Shown piece after piece: positions 48,435-58,258 of a DNA stretch of 64,000 nucleotides (position 1 is its first letter; the number at the start of each line of letters is the position of its first letter). Under the pieces are notes generated by a model. It saw nothing but the letters and a program-made list of their open reading frames with translations. It searched no databases and was not told the origin of the DNA. Both the position numbers and the translations under genes were made by a program. Source of the DNA: Candidatus Doudnabacteria bacterium (lineage in GTDB: Bacteria; Patescibacteriota; Doudnabacteria; UBA920; 2-01-FULL-46-14); NCBI GenBank assembly GCA_041497195.1, contig JBGQGB010000003.1, positions 20,260-84,259 of the forward strand, given 5' to 3'.

Positions 48435-49912
48435 CTTTTCAGATTTTTTAGAAACTCGACTATGAGCCGTAGCCCCGTGCCGGTTGCCCCCTTGGGCCGG
48501 TATGGTTTTTCACGAGTGGCCCAGGCGACCCCGGCGATATCAAGGTGAATCCACGGGTAATCCACAAAGTGTTCCAAAAATAGAGCGGCGTTGATCGAAT
48601 CGCCGTAGCGAACGGTCCCGAGGTTCCGCAAATCCGCAAAATCGCTTTTGATAAATTGCTGGTAGCTTTTTTCCAGAGGCATCGGCCAGATTTTTTCCCC
48701 GGTAAGTTTAGCCGCAGCCTCAAGGTTGTCCAGAAAGCGCTTGGTATTGGTGAATACACCTGTCAATTCGTCGCCCAAAGCCACGACGATCGAGCCGGTG
48801 AGGGTGGCGAAATCAATAACCAATCGAGGCTTATATTTTTTGGCGTAATCCAGGGCATCAGAGAGGACCAGGCGACCCTCCGCGTCTGTATTGATGATTT
48901 CAATCGTTTTGCCTGACCGCGAGCGGATGATATCGCCGGGCTTGGCCGCTTTGCCGGATGGTAAATTTTCAGTGGCTGGTATGAGCCCAACCAGATTTTG
49001 CAGAAGCTTGAGTTCGCTGGCCGCTTGAATCACTCCCATGACGGTCGCAGCACCGGCCATGTCATACTTCATTTCCTCCATTTTTTCCCCAGGTTTTATA
49101 GAAATACCCCCGCTATCAAAAGTGATACCTTTTCCCACCAGAACGACGGGAGCTCCCGTGGTTTTGCCGCGATATTCCAAAACAATAAATTTCGGCTCTT
49201 CATCCGAGCCTTGGGACACTGCCAGAATCGCTCCCATGTTCTCTTTTTTGATGTCGGCTTTATGCAAAATTTTAACTTTGATATTTTTATGCGTCCTGGC
49301 CAACCCTTCGGCATAATTGGCCAGATGCGTGGGAGTGGCAATGTTGGCCGGCTGGTTGCCCAGGTCACGGACTGCATTGACAATTTGGCCCAATTTCAGG
49401 CCGGTTTCAAAACCGACCGTGGCCAGACGAAGCTCGGCTTTGCGGAGACTGACAAATTCCACTGAGTCTGGCTTGGGGGGATTGTTTTTGGCGGTTTTAT
49501 AGTAAGGAAATTCATAGTGAGAGAGGAGCACCCCTTCGGTCAGGGCCTGCGTTACGGCAGCTGGAGAAATTCCAGGCAGCTTTGGCACTAGTGCGGTCAT
49601 GGTCCGCAAAGGCAATTTTTTCAGCTCAGTCGTAGCAGTACTCATTGCCTCCCGAAGTTTTTCCGAGTTTAGTCCCGCACTCGGTCCCAAGCCGACCAGT
49701 ATGATGCGGGGGAGATTCCCGGATGAGAACAGAATTCTGGCTTTGTTTGGTTCTCCCGTAAAATCTTTTGATTGGCGAAGCTTGCTGATTTGACGGTTCA
49801 GTAAGCGGTCGAGTTCCTTTTCTTCGGCCAGAATTTTATCTGGCAGAAGCGGCATAATGAGCGCGTCGGTCTTGAGCGAGGCCAATGGTTTGGAAGAGAT
49901 GGAAAATTTCAT
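48431..49912 (-). CDS. pepA: leucyl aminopeptidase (M17)
   Basis: 493 aa. NTDAEGRL catalytic motif. Confidence 0.9.
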   Translation of the reverse strand: MKFSISSKPLASLKTDALIMPLLPDKILAEEKELDRLLNRQISKLRQSKDFTGEPNKARILFSSGNLPRIILVGLGPSAGLNSEKLREAMSTATTELKKLPLRTMTALVPKLPGISPAAVTQALTEGVLLSHYEFPYYKTAKNNPPKPDSVEFVSLRKAELRLATVGFETGLKLGQIVNAVRDLGNQPANIATPTHLANYAEGLARTHKNIKVKILHKADIKKENMGAILAVSQGSDEEPKFIVLEYRGKTTGAPVVLVGKGITFDSGGISIKPGEKMEEMKYDMAGAATVMGVIQAASELKLLQNLVGLIPATENLPSGKAAKPGDIIRSRSGKTIEIINTDAEGRLVLSDALDYAKKYKPRLVIDFATLTGSIVVALGDELTGVFTNTKRFLDNLEAAAKLTGEKIWPMPLEKSYQQFIKSDFADLRNLGTVRYGDSINAALFLEHFVDYPWIHLDIAGVAWATREKPYRPKGATGTGLRLIVEFLKNLKS

Positions 49913-49924
49913 TGGTATAAGATA

Positions 49925-51244
49925 TTAATGGATGAGTTGGGGCGTGGACGTGGATTGAGCAGAGTTCGCTTGATTTTCCGGTTTGGGGTATTCAAAGACT
50001 TTCGGGTAGAGATTGGGGGAAACGTAGGTTGAATTGAAGGCCAAGTTTGTCGCGGTGCCGTCAGGGCGAATAATCGTGCGGATCACCGTGGATTTGACCG
50101 CCCCCGAGGCTTGGCGCTCGTACGGATGCGGCCCGTCAACCACGATTTCTCGACCGTCCCCGGTTCCGTAGAAGTCAAAGTATAATCGGTGCCCTTCGAT
50201 GCTGGTCCAAACCAGGATGGAGCCGGGGGTGTCATTGATGAACTTCAAATCCTGCGCCCCCGGGTAAATGGTGGCATCCAGGCCCGGGGCTCTGGGCTGG
50301 TCATCGGCAATCCATTCGTAGTAACGGACCGCGTAGGAATGATTCTTGCGCTGCGTGATCGGGAGGCCGGCATAAAAAGCGGCCCGAAATGCAGTGGAGG
50401 AAACCTGACACAAGCCCCCGCCAAACTCCGGCACCGTTCCCTCGGGCTTGATCACTAGCTCCGGCAGAAATCCGTGCGCCGCATCGATCGGGCCCAAGTG
50501 CTGGTTGAAGGAAAATTCTTCCCCGGGCTTGATGATGAGCCCGCGGTAACGAGACGTACCTACTCTAACATTTTGGATTCTGGATGCAGATGATCCGGAA
50601 AAATCAGTCTGCCCACGAGCTAAGAGTTTTTTGATTCCCAAATTGTTCAAGTCGCCGAGCTGAATTTGCGCGGGTTCTTCGAAAATAGCCAAGTCGATTT
50701 TGTCTTGTCCAGTCGCCAGCGCCTGCTCGATGAACGTTCTGGCGGAGAAGAGGTCCAAAATTTGGCCCGGCCGATCCGGAATAAAATTGGTAGCTACCCC
50801 TGCAGTAATAGTGAGTTGCGCATTTTGTGCCGGCCTATCGATTTGCTCGGCTAGGTTTAGCAGAAGTTGCCCGAGATTTGCTTCGTCAATGCTCAAATTC
50901 ACGGATGCCAAAGTATTTGAGTCAACTGCGGGGGGTTTTGTTCCCGCAACTACTGCAAAATAAACAGGGAGCGTGACTGCGGAAGGTTTCCCGGCTTTTG
51001 CGTCGCTCGAGTTTTTCAGCTTTTCGAGGTCAGGCTGTTTCCAGGTCCAGGATTTTTCCGAAGAAGACAAGGTCAATTCCTGCGGCCAGGCTGACGGCTG
51101 CGATATGGTGGTCGGAACGCTCGCTACCTCTGGCTGCGGCAGCATGGGCTGGGCCCAGAGGTGGAAGCTTGAGGTAGTGGTTAGGACAGCGACTAGTTGA
51201 GAGGCAATCATGAGGGCAAGTATAAAAATTATTTTTGCGGCCAT
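49925..51244 (-). CDS. VanW-family protein with N-terminal TM/extracellular region
   Basis: 439 aa. VanW-like block GLIIKPGEEFSFNQHLGP...GGGLCQVSSTAF. Confidence 0.7.
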   Translation of the reverse strand: MAAKIIFILALMIASQLVAVLTTTSSFHLWAQPMLPQPEVASVPTTISQPSAWPQELTLSSSEKSWTWKQPDLEKLKNSSDAKAGKPSAVTLPVYFAVVAGTKPPAVDSNTLASVNLSIDEANLGQLLLNLAEQIDRPAQNAQLTITAGVATNFIPDRPGQILDLFSARTFIEQALATGQDKIDLAIFEEPAQIQLGDLNNLGIKKLLARGQTDFSGSSASRIQNVRVGTSRYRGLIIKPGEEFSFNQHLGPIDAAHGFLPELVIKPEGTVPEFGGGLCQVSSTAFRAAFYAGLPITQRKNHSYAVRYYEWIADDQPRAPGLDATIYPGAQDLKFINDTPGSILVWTSIEGHRLYFDFYGTGDGREIVVDGPHPYERQASGAVKSTVIRTIIRPDGTATNLAFNSTYVSPNLYPKVFEYPKPENQANSAQSTSTPQLIH

Positions 51245-51663
51245 ATTTGGATGATCCGTTCATCGGGCCGACGGCCCCGAGAAAATTTGAAGTGAGCAGT
51301 ATTCTTTGGTAACAATGCTTTAGCCTTTTCCGCCCATTCCACGGCGTTGATGTGCCGCGGGTTGGAAATCAGTTCCCTAAACCCCAGCTCGACGAGCTCG
51401 CGTTCGTTTTTGAGTCGGTACAAATCAAAATGGTACAAGGTCATTCGGCTGTTTTTCAGTTTGTGTGGCTGGACTATCACAAATGTCGGACTTTGGATGC
51501 GAGTTTTGGTTCCCAGGCCTTTGGCCAGCCCTTTTACAAAAGCGGTTTTGCCGCTGCCGAGATGACCGTGCAAAGCCAAAGTCTCCCCACCTTTGAGATG
51601 ACTAGCCACCATGGCGGCCAGCTTTGCCGTTTCCTTTTCTGACGCGGAAACAATTTTGAGCAT
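51229..51663 (-). CDS. tsaE: tRNA threonylcarbamoyladenosine biosynthesis ATPase TsaE
   Basis: 144 aa. Walker A GHLGSGKTAF. Confidence 0.85.
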   Translation of the reverse strand: MLKIVSASEKETAKLAAMVASHLKGGETLALHGHLGSGKTAFVKGLAKGLGTKTRIQSPTFVIVQPHKLKNSRMTLYHFDLYRLKNERELVELGFRELISNPRHINAVEWAEKAKALLPKNTAHFKFSRGRRPDERIIQIWPQK

Positions 51664-51830
51664 GATTATACCTTTATTTTATCAGATAAAACTATAACTA
51701 TCCACACCCCTTGACGCCCCACTCCTTTTCAATTATAGTGATTCGATACCTTGCCAGGTTATTTTGGGATTCTTTGGGTGAAATCTTCAGGGAGCCCTTG
51801 GGGTTAAGAGGCGAATTTATTTTTAGTTTA

Positions 51831-52976
51831 ATGACCGAACAAGTCGAACAACAGATTTTTGATGCCATTACCAAAGCAAATCGAGTTTTGGTCGCCCTTC
51901 CCCAAAATCCGAACGGGGATGCGTTAGGCTCCGGGTTGGCACTTTTTGATTTTCTCAAAAAATTGGAAAAACAGGCGGAAATAATTTGCGCCGGGCCCGA
52001 CCTATCCCGTTTCCAGTTTTTACCAGGCGTGAGCGAGATCAACAGGAGTCTGGAGGTAGTACAAAGTTTTGTGATTTCGGCCAAGACTGACAATGCGCAG
52101 CTCGACGAATTATCCTACGAAATACTACCTGAGCGGATTGATATCTTTTTGAAACCAAAAAAAGGCAAATTTTCCCCCGGTGATATTTCGTTCCGCAACG
52201 CGAAGTTCCCCTATGATTTGGTGGTGACTGTGGATACGCCCTCTTTGGAAAATTTGGGGACGGTTTATGAAAAAAACACTGATTTGTTCTTTGAAACCCC
52301 GATTATCAACCTTGATCATCATCCGAATAATGAATATTACGGGGAAATCAATCTCGTCGATCTCACGGCTACGTCGACTTCCGAGATTTTGACCAGGTTA
52401 ATCGAAAATTTTGGAGCCGGTCTGATTGATGAAAACATGGCCACAAATCTTCTGACTGGCATCATTGTGGAGACCAACAGTTTCCAGCATATCAAAACCA
52501 CCCCGCAGGCGTTTTTGAAGGCCTCCAATCTGATCGCTCAAGGGGGCCGGCACCAGGAGATAATCCGTGAGCTATATAAGACTAAAAATATTTCTCTGCT
52601 CAAATTGTGGGGCCGCGCTCTGGCGCGACTGAAGGAAATCAAAGAGTTGGGGCTGACCTATTCACTGGTCAATCACGCGGACATTCTCAAATCTGAAGCA
52701 ACCCCGGAGGATATATTTGGAGTGATGCGGGAACTGATTGCGAATTTGGCTGGTCGGAAAATCATTCTGTTTTTGGCAGAGGCAAATGCGGGCGAGATAG
52801 TCGGCTATTTTTATTTTCACCCCTCCATCAAGGCCCAGGTCGTGATGGGTATCCTGGCCGGTCAGATGCTCAATGGAGCACTCGGGACGCTTCGAGTCCT
52901 GGGCCGGGGCCTTTTGGAGGTGGAACAAGAAGTTCTGGAGAAGCTGCAGAAAATCAAGGAGCAAATCGGCGCCTAG
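51831..52976 (+). CDS. nrnA: DHH/DHHA1 phosphoesterase (NrnA-like oligoribonuclease/pAp phosphatase)
   Basis: DHH motifs (DLDHHPNN) and a DHHA1 C-terminus. Start set at ATG 51831 (MTEQVEQQIF...). Confidence 0.75.
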   Translation: MTEQVEQQIFDAITKANRVLVALPQNPNGDALGSGLALFDFLKKLEKQAEIICAGPDLSRFQFLPGVSEINRSLEVVQSFVISAKTDNAQLDELSYEILPERIDIFLKPKKGKFSPGDISFRNAKFPYDLVVTVDTPSLENLGTVYEKNTDLFFETPIINLDHHPNNEYYGEINLVDLTATSTSEILTRLIENFGAGLIDENMATNLLTGIIVETNSFQHIKTTPQAFLKASNLIAQGGRHQEIIRELYKTKNISLLKLWGRALARLKEIKELGLTYSLVNHADILKSEATPEDIFGVMRELIANLAGRKIILFLAEANAGEIVGYFYFHPSIKAQVVMGILAGQMLNGALGTLRVLGRGLLEVEQEVLEKLQKIKEQIGA

Positions 52977-53075
52977 CGCTTCGGGATTTTTTTGAAAAAA
53001 TCAGACCATTTAACAGTGGTTCTTTTTTGTCGTATCCATTATAATTTGTTTAGCAAGTATTAACCTGAAACAAAA

Positions 53076-54776
53076 ATGTCTCTACCAAGTGGACCCAAGG
53101 ACCCGCGGCCGTCTCTGGGTCAGCAGGATCACGTGCATGGCAAAGCGCTCCCTGGCGGGATCAAGCGGGTTTTTACGGATCTGAACAGAAAATTTCAGGA
53201 AGAAGAAACCCAGCGCCTGGCCAAAACCTTATCCCTTTCTTACATCGATCTGGGGGCGTTTCCTTTCGAGCAAGCGGTTTTTTCTTTGGTTTCGCGAGAT
53301 GAGGTGGTCGCGGCCGAGGCCACCCCGTTTTACAAGGAAGGCCCGCTCCTGAAAGTTGGGATGACCAATCCCCAGAATTCGAATTTGCAGAAGTTTGTGG
53401 CCAGTTTGGAAAAACATAAGTATCGGGTCGAACTGTATTTGATCTCCCCAGCCAGTTTTGACGATGCCCTGGCCGCATACCCAAAACAGATGCCGACCTA
53501 TGGACTCAAACACGAGGTGCTGATAGGTGAGGGACTAGAAATCACGCGCCAGTTCCGCGCACTGGCAGAAGGAACCAAAGACGTGGCCAATCTTTCCGCG
53601 AGCGAGCTTATTAGCATTATCATGGGAGCAGCGGTGACCATGCACAGCTCGGATGTTCATTTGGAGCCGGAGAAAAACGAGCTCAAAGTCCGGTTTCGGG
53701 TCGATGGAGTTTTGCAGGACATGGCGGATTTTCCCTTGAGTATCATCCACGGCCTGCTTTCTCGCATCAAGCTTCTCTCGGGACTGAAGCTCAACGTCAC
53801 TGCCAGCTCGCAGGATGGCCGGTACAGTTTGAAACTCCCTGATCGAATCCTGGATATCCGGGTCTCGGCCCTGCCCTCAGCTTACGGTGAATCTATCGTG
53901 ATGCGGATTTTGGGGATTCAGGACGTGGGGCTTGAGATTGAGAAGCTGGGCTTGCGCGGGCGGGCTTTGAAAGTCATCAACCAACAGTTAGATAAGCCCA
54001 ACGGCATGACTCTCACCACTGGCCCGACTGGTTCGGGCAAGACCACTACGCTGTATGCTTTTTTGAGTCATTTGAACGAGCCGGGCGTAAAAATTATTAC
54101 TTTGGAAGACCCGGTTGAGTATCAAATCCAGGGCATAATCCAGACTCCGATTGACCGCGCCGCGGGTAATGATTTCGCCCAGGCTCTCCGGGCCATGTTG
54201 CGGCAAGACCCGGACATTATCATGGTCGGCGAGATCCGGGATTTTGAGACTGCGGAAACTGCGTCCCAAGCGGCTTTGACCGGGCACATCGTGCTCTCTA
54301 CCCTGCATACCAATGATGCTGCCGGCGCCATCCCCCGTATGTTGGATTTGGGGGTAAAACCCGTGACCCTGGCCCCGGCGCTCAATTCGCTCATCGCCCA
54401 GCGCTTGGTGCGCAAAATTTGCCAGGTCTGTAAACAGGTCCAGAAATTGACGCCCGAAGAATCGCAGCGAGTGAAGCTGATTTTATCCCAGATTCCCAAA
54501 GCGTCTGAACTCGCGATCCCCGAGCAGCTGACTTTTTATCACAGCCCCGGGTGCGAGGAGTGTCATAATCTGGGCTACCGCGGGCGGGTCGGGGTGTTTG
54601 AGGTATTTGAGGTTGACGATACGATTGAGACCCTTATTTTCAAGCAGGCCTCGACCGTGGAAATCAAAAAAGCTGCCATGGAACAAGGGATGGTGACGAT
54701 GCAGCAAGATGGAGTGGTGAAAGCCCTGGAAGGCATTACCGACCTGGCTGAGGTTTGGCGGGTGACGGAAGATTAA
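53076..54776 (+). CDS. type II secretion / type IV pilus assembly ATPase (GspE/PilB family)
   Basis: 566 aa. Walker A GPTGSGKTTT and CxxC...CxxC zinc motif. Confidence 0.88.
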   Translation: MSLPSGPKDPRPSLGQQDHVHGKALPGGIKRVFTDLNRKFQEEETQRLAKTLSLSYIDLGAFPFEQAVFSLVSRDEVVAAEATPFYKEGPLLKVGMTNPQNSNLQKFVASLEKHKYRVELYLISPASFDDALAAYPKQMPTYGLKHEVLIGEGLEITRQFRALAEGTKDVANLSASELISIIMGAAVTMHSSDVHLEPEKNELKVRFRVDGVLQDMADFPLSIIHGLLSRIKLLSGLKLNVTASSQDGRYSLKLPDRILDIRVSALPSAYGESIVMRILGIQDVGLEIEKLGLRGRALKVINQQLDKPNGMTLTTGPTGSGKTTTLYAFLSHLNEPGVKIITLEDPVEYQIQGIIQTPIDRAAGNDFAQALRAMLRQDPDIIMVGEIRDFETAETASQAALTGHIVLSTLHTNDAAGAIPRMLDLGVKPVTLAPALNSLIAQRLVRKICQVCKQVQKLTPEESQRVKLILSQIPKASELAIPEQLTFYHSPGCEECHNLGYRGRVGVFEVFEVDDTIETLIFKQASTVEIKKAAMEQGMVTMQQDGVVKALEGITDLAEVWRVTED

Positions 54777-54790
54777 GTAATTTTTTTAGA

Positions 54791-55141
54791 ATGAAATTGA
54801 CGAAGAAGCAAACCCGGATTGCTTCCAAGCATGGAATTAACCTGCGAATTTATCCTGTTAAACGGAAAGAAGCTGGCGTGGTTTATGTTCAAACGAAAAA
54901 AGGACATTTCCAAGAATTTTATGATAAAAAAAGCACATTTCTTTATTATGTCATTCACGGCCGCGGGGTTTTCTATCTCAATGGCAAAGCAACTCGAGTC
55001 AAGGCGACTGACTTAATCGCAGCGCCTCCAAAAACCAGGATTTATTATTTAGGAAAATTGGAAATGATTCTCGTGACTGTTCCTGCTTGGCAACCGAAAA
55101 ACGAAGTGCATGTCCGGTATATTCAGAAGCCGATAAGATAG
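54791..55141 (+). CDS. small cupin-like protein, hypothetical
   Basis: About 116 aa. Start taken at ATG 54791 to avoid overlap with the preceding gene. Weak cupin-like beta-barrel pattern. Confidence 0.4.
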   Translation: MKLTKKQTRIASKHGINLRIYPVKRKEAGVVYVQTKKGHFQEFYDKKSTFLYYVIHGRGVFYLNGKATRVKATDLIAAPPKTRIYYLGKLEMILVTVPAWQPKNEVHVRYIQKPIR

Positions 55142-55165
55142 CTCCCATTAATATTTTGATTTATT

Positions 55166-55200
55166 GAGCCCCTTAAGTTGAGAGAGGGGTTTTGTTTTTT
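55166..55200 (+). terminator. rho-independent terminator after the cupin-like gene
   Basis: Hairpin CCCCT...AGGGG followed by TTTTGTTTTTT. Confidence 0.55.
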
Positions 55201-55247
55201 ATTTTGTGACGTGTATACTCTAACGGCATGGAAAAGGAGGGTACTGT

Positions 55248-55280
55248 ATGAATCGCCCAATCGTACTGCGGCCACTGTAA
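55248..55280 (+). other. 10-codon mini-ORF (MNRPIVLRPL) with strong Shine-Dalgarno, inside a terminator-bounded non-coding island
   Basis: AAGGAGG at 55234-55240, then ATG at 55248 and TAA at 55278-55280. Confidence 0.3.
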
Positions 55281-55456
55281 CACACCAGCGAAACGAAGCC
55301 GTTGCGGCTCTTTCCTCCGTTACAAAGGGAATCCGTAACCGCCCCTTGAGGCTTTGCAGGCCGAAAGGATGAGTTTTTGTAGAGGGTTGGCGCTTGCGAG
55401 AGGGTATGATTTTTCAGGCGCTAAGCGCTTTACCGGTCCACCCGGATTGCGCGCAG

Positions 55457-55490
55457 GTCCCGTTGAGCTCGGCAACGGGACTTTTTCTTT
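55457..55490 (+). terminator. rho-independent terminator/attenuator upstream of polA
   Basis: Hairpin GTCCCGTTG-AGCTCGGC-AACGGGAC followed by TTTTTCTTT, about 40 nt before the polA start. Confidence 0.55.
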
Positions 55491-55528
55491 GGAAATTTCA
55501 AAATCAGACCCCATCTTTTTATGCTAAA

Positions 55529-58258
55529 ATGAGCTTAGATATGGCTGAAAAATCGAAAAAAGAAACACTGCTTTTGGTGGATGGCAATGCGCTGGTGCAT
55601 CGCGGTTTTCACGCAATCCCCCACCTGTCCACCAAAGGCGGCGAGGTGGTCAATGGAGTGTACGGGTTCGCCCTGCTATTTTTGAAAGCGCTCAAAGAAC
55701 TTCATCCGGAATACGTGGTAGTAGCGTTTGATTTGCCCGAACCGACCTTTCGCGACAAACTCTACGAATCCTACAAAGCCACGAGGATGAGGGCGCCGGA
55801 TGAATTGTACGCGCAAATTCCGCGAGTCAAGGAGCTGGTCGCAGCTTTCAATGTCCCGATTTATGAAATGGCCGGCTATGAAGCAGATGATTTGGTCGGC
55901 TCACTCGCCCGCGTCGCGGAAAAGAAACGTCTGCAGACTGTGATTTTGACTGGCGACATGGATACGCTGCAGTTAGTTAATGACGCGACCAAAGTGTTTG
56001 CGCCCAAACAGGGCTTGAGTGAAACAAAATTGTATGACGAGGCTGCTATTAAGGAGCGTTATGGCCTGCGGCCTGATCAGTTGGTTGATTACAAGGCATT
56101 GCGCGGGGACCCGTCGGATAATATCCCCGGGGTGAAAGGCATTGGCGAAAAAACAGCGACAGACCTGTTGCAGAAATTTGGCACCTTGGAGAAAGTTTAT
56201 GATTCTCTCCAGGACAAAAACCAGAAAAAAATCAGGCCGCGGGTAGGTGAGATGCTTGAGATTCATCGTGCCGATGCTTTTCTTTCTCAAAAGCTGGCGC
56301 AGATTGTCATAGATCTCAAACTTGACTTGGATTTGGCGAAAGCCAAGGTGGCCAATTTTGACGAGCAGCAAGTTTTCAAACTGTTTCAAATCCTCGAATT
56401 TCGTTCCCTTCTGGATAAGCTGCCTAAGAGCGAAAACCATGCCCCAGTTTTATCAACTACGGCCAGAGGACATGATTACCATCTGATAGAAACCGCGAAG
56501 CAATTGGCTGAGTTGGTTGCTGCCTTAAAAGAACAAAAAGAGTTTGCTGTTGATACGGAAACCACTTCCCTCAATCCCCTTCAGGCCGAGTTGGTGGGAA
56601 TCGGATTTGCTTGGGAAAAGGGACGAGCATATTTTGTGCCTGTGCTGATGATAAACAAAGAGCTGAGAAGTTGCCTGGCAGACGAAGGGAGCCCCAAAAT
56701 CGGGCACAATATCAAATATGATTATTTGGTTTTGAAACGCGCCGGAATTGATTTGGCTGGGCCGCTTATCGACACAATGATTGGGGCATATTTGCTCAAT
56801 CCCGGGGTGCGCAATTTTGATCTCGACAGCCTGACGTTTACCGAATTTGGTTTTCGCAAGACGACCATAGAAAGTTTGATTGGTACTGGCAAGCAGCAGT
56901 TGAGCATGGCTGAGGTTCCTCTGCCGAAAGTTGCTGCTTATTGCGGAGAAGATGCGGATTATACCTATAGACTGTGGCAAAAGTTGGCGCCAGAACTGAA
57001 ACGCAATACGCTTGAGAAAATTTTTTTTGAGATTGAAATGCCGCTCATCCGCGTTTTGGCGGACATGGAGCGGTGGGGCATCAAGATTGACCCCATATTT
57101 CTGCAAAAGCTTTCCGGGGAGGCGGGGGTGGAAATAGAAAAATTGGAGAAAAAAATCTGGCGCATCGCGGGAGAGGAGTTCAATATTGGCAGCCCCCAGC
57201 AATTGAAAACCATCCTGTTTGAAAAATTGGAGATCCCGACGCAGGAGCTCAAAAAAGGCAAAACCGGCCTCTCCACCGCGGCGACTGAACTGGAAAAGCT
57301 GCGGGGCCTGCACCCGGTCATTGAGCCCATTTTTGAGTGGCGGGAACTGAGCAAACTACAAAATACTTATTTAGATACTCTCCCCAAACTCGTTGATAAG
57401 CAGGACCAGCGGCTGCACACTAGTTTCAATCAGACCATTGCCGCGACTGGTCGGCTGTCTTCTTCAGAGCCGAATTTGCAGAACATTCCCATCCGGACCG
57501 AGCTAGGCAGGCAGGTTCGCAAAGCATTCATTGCCGAACCAAAATTCAAACTCGTTGCCGTGGACTATTCCCAGATTGAGCTGCGGCTGGCCGCACACCT
57601 TTCCGGCGATAGCAAAATGATGGAAGTATTTCGCCAGGGCGGGGATATTCACACAGCCACAGCCCAAGAAATTTTCGACCTCGAAACTCCCGAAGAGGTC
57701 ACACCCGAGATGCGGCGGCAAGCCAAGACGATTAATTTCGGAGTTTTGTACGGGGTCTCCGCCTACGGCCTGAAGAGCCGGATTCCGGAAGTCTCCCAGG
57801 GCGAAGCTCAGGATTTCATTGATAAATATTTCGACACCTACCAGAAGCTGACTCACTACCTCGAACAGATTATCGCGGAGGCGAAAGCCAGCGGATTCGT
57901 GAAAAACGAACTCGGCCGGCGACGCTACTTGCCGGAAATTAAATCCTCGCAGTTTCAGGTGCGTTCCGGGGCAGAACGTGCGGCCATCAATATGCCATTT
58001 CAGTCGCTGAGTGCTGATATCGTCAAAATGGCGATGAACAAGTTAGCGCTAGAGGGTCTAACGAACAGGCAGGATTGCCGTTTGCTGCTCCAGGTGCACG
58101 ATGAATTGGTGTTTGAAATCGAGAAGGCCAAAGTTTCAGTATGCGCTCCGCAAATTGCCGAGATCATGCAAGGCATTTATAAACTCAAGGTTCCTTTGGT
58201 CGTGGAAGCCAAAGTCGGAGATAACTGGGGGGAAATGGCAAAGTTTTCTGTCTTTTGA
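55529..58258 (+). CDS. polA: DNA polymerase I
   Basis: 5'-3' exonuclease domain (LLLVDGNALVHRGFHA), 3'-5' exonuclease-like domain and pol A motifs. Start taken at the first ATG after the terminator (55529); 55541 is equally possible. The upstream extension in the ORF track crosses the terminator and is unlikely. Confidence 0.9.
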   Translation: MSLDMAEKSKKETLLLVDGNALVHRGFHAIPHLSTKGGEVVNGVYGFALLFLKALKELHPEYVVVAFDLPEPTFRDKLYESYKATRMRAPDELYAQIPRVKELVAAFNVPIYEMAGYEADDLVGSLARVAEKKRLQTVILTGDMDTLQLVNDATKVFAPKQGLSETKLYDEAAIKERYGLRPDQLVDYKALRGDPSDNIPGVKGIGEKTATDLLQKFGTLEKVYDSLQDKNQKKIRPRVGEMLEIHRADAFLSQKLAQIVIDLKLDLDLAKAKVANFDEQQVFKLFQILEFRSLLDKLPKSENHAPVLSTTARGHDYHLIETAKQLAELVAALKEQKEFAVDTETTSLNPLQAELVGIGFAWEKGRAYFVPVLMINKELRSCLADEGSPKIGHNIKYDYLVLKRAGIDLAGPLIDTMIGAYLLNPGVRNFDLDSLTFTEFGFRKTTIESLIGTGKQQLSMAEVPLPKVAAYCGEDADYTYRLWQKLAPELKRNTLEKIFFEIEMPLIRVLADMERWGIKIDPIFLQKLSGEAGVEIEKLEKKIWRIAGEEFNIGSPQQLKTILFEKLEIPTQELKKGKTGLSTAATELEKLRGLHPVIEPIFEWRELSKLQNTYLDTLPKLVDKQDQRLHTSFNQTIAATGRLSSSEPNLQNIPIRTELGRQVRKAFIAEPKFKLVAVDYSQIELRLAAHLSGDSKMMEVFRQGGDIHTATAQEIFDLETPEEVTPEMRRQAKTINFGVLYGVSAYGLKSRIPEVSQGEAQDFIDKYFDTYQKLTHYLEQIIAEAKASGFVKNELGRRRYLPEIKSSQFQVRSGAERAAINMPFQSLSADIVKMAMNKLALEGLTNRQDCRLLLQVHDELVFEIEKAKVSVCAPQIAEIMQGIYKLKVPLVVEAKVGDNWGEMAKFSVF

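Noticed and set aside
55200-55460. RNase P RNA, SRP RNA or tmRNA in the non-coding island
   Set aside because: Checked by eye for the universally conserved blocks (RNase P GGAAAGUCCGGGC / ACAGNRA; SRP helix-8 AGGUC...GGAAGGAAGCAGC; tmRNA tRNA-like 3' end GGUUCGAUUCC...ACCA). None present.
55178-55514. 64-aa ORFs on both strands (55178-55372 + and 55320-55514 -) in the cupin-polA intergenic island
   Set aside because: No RBS, and the composition is unlike neighbouring genes. The region is bracketed by terminators and better explained as non-coding or regulatory (see finding). Kept only the 10-codon SD-preceded mini-ORF as an observation.
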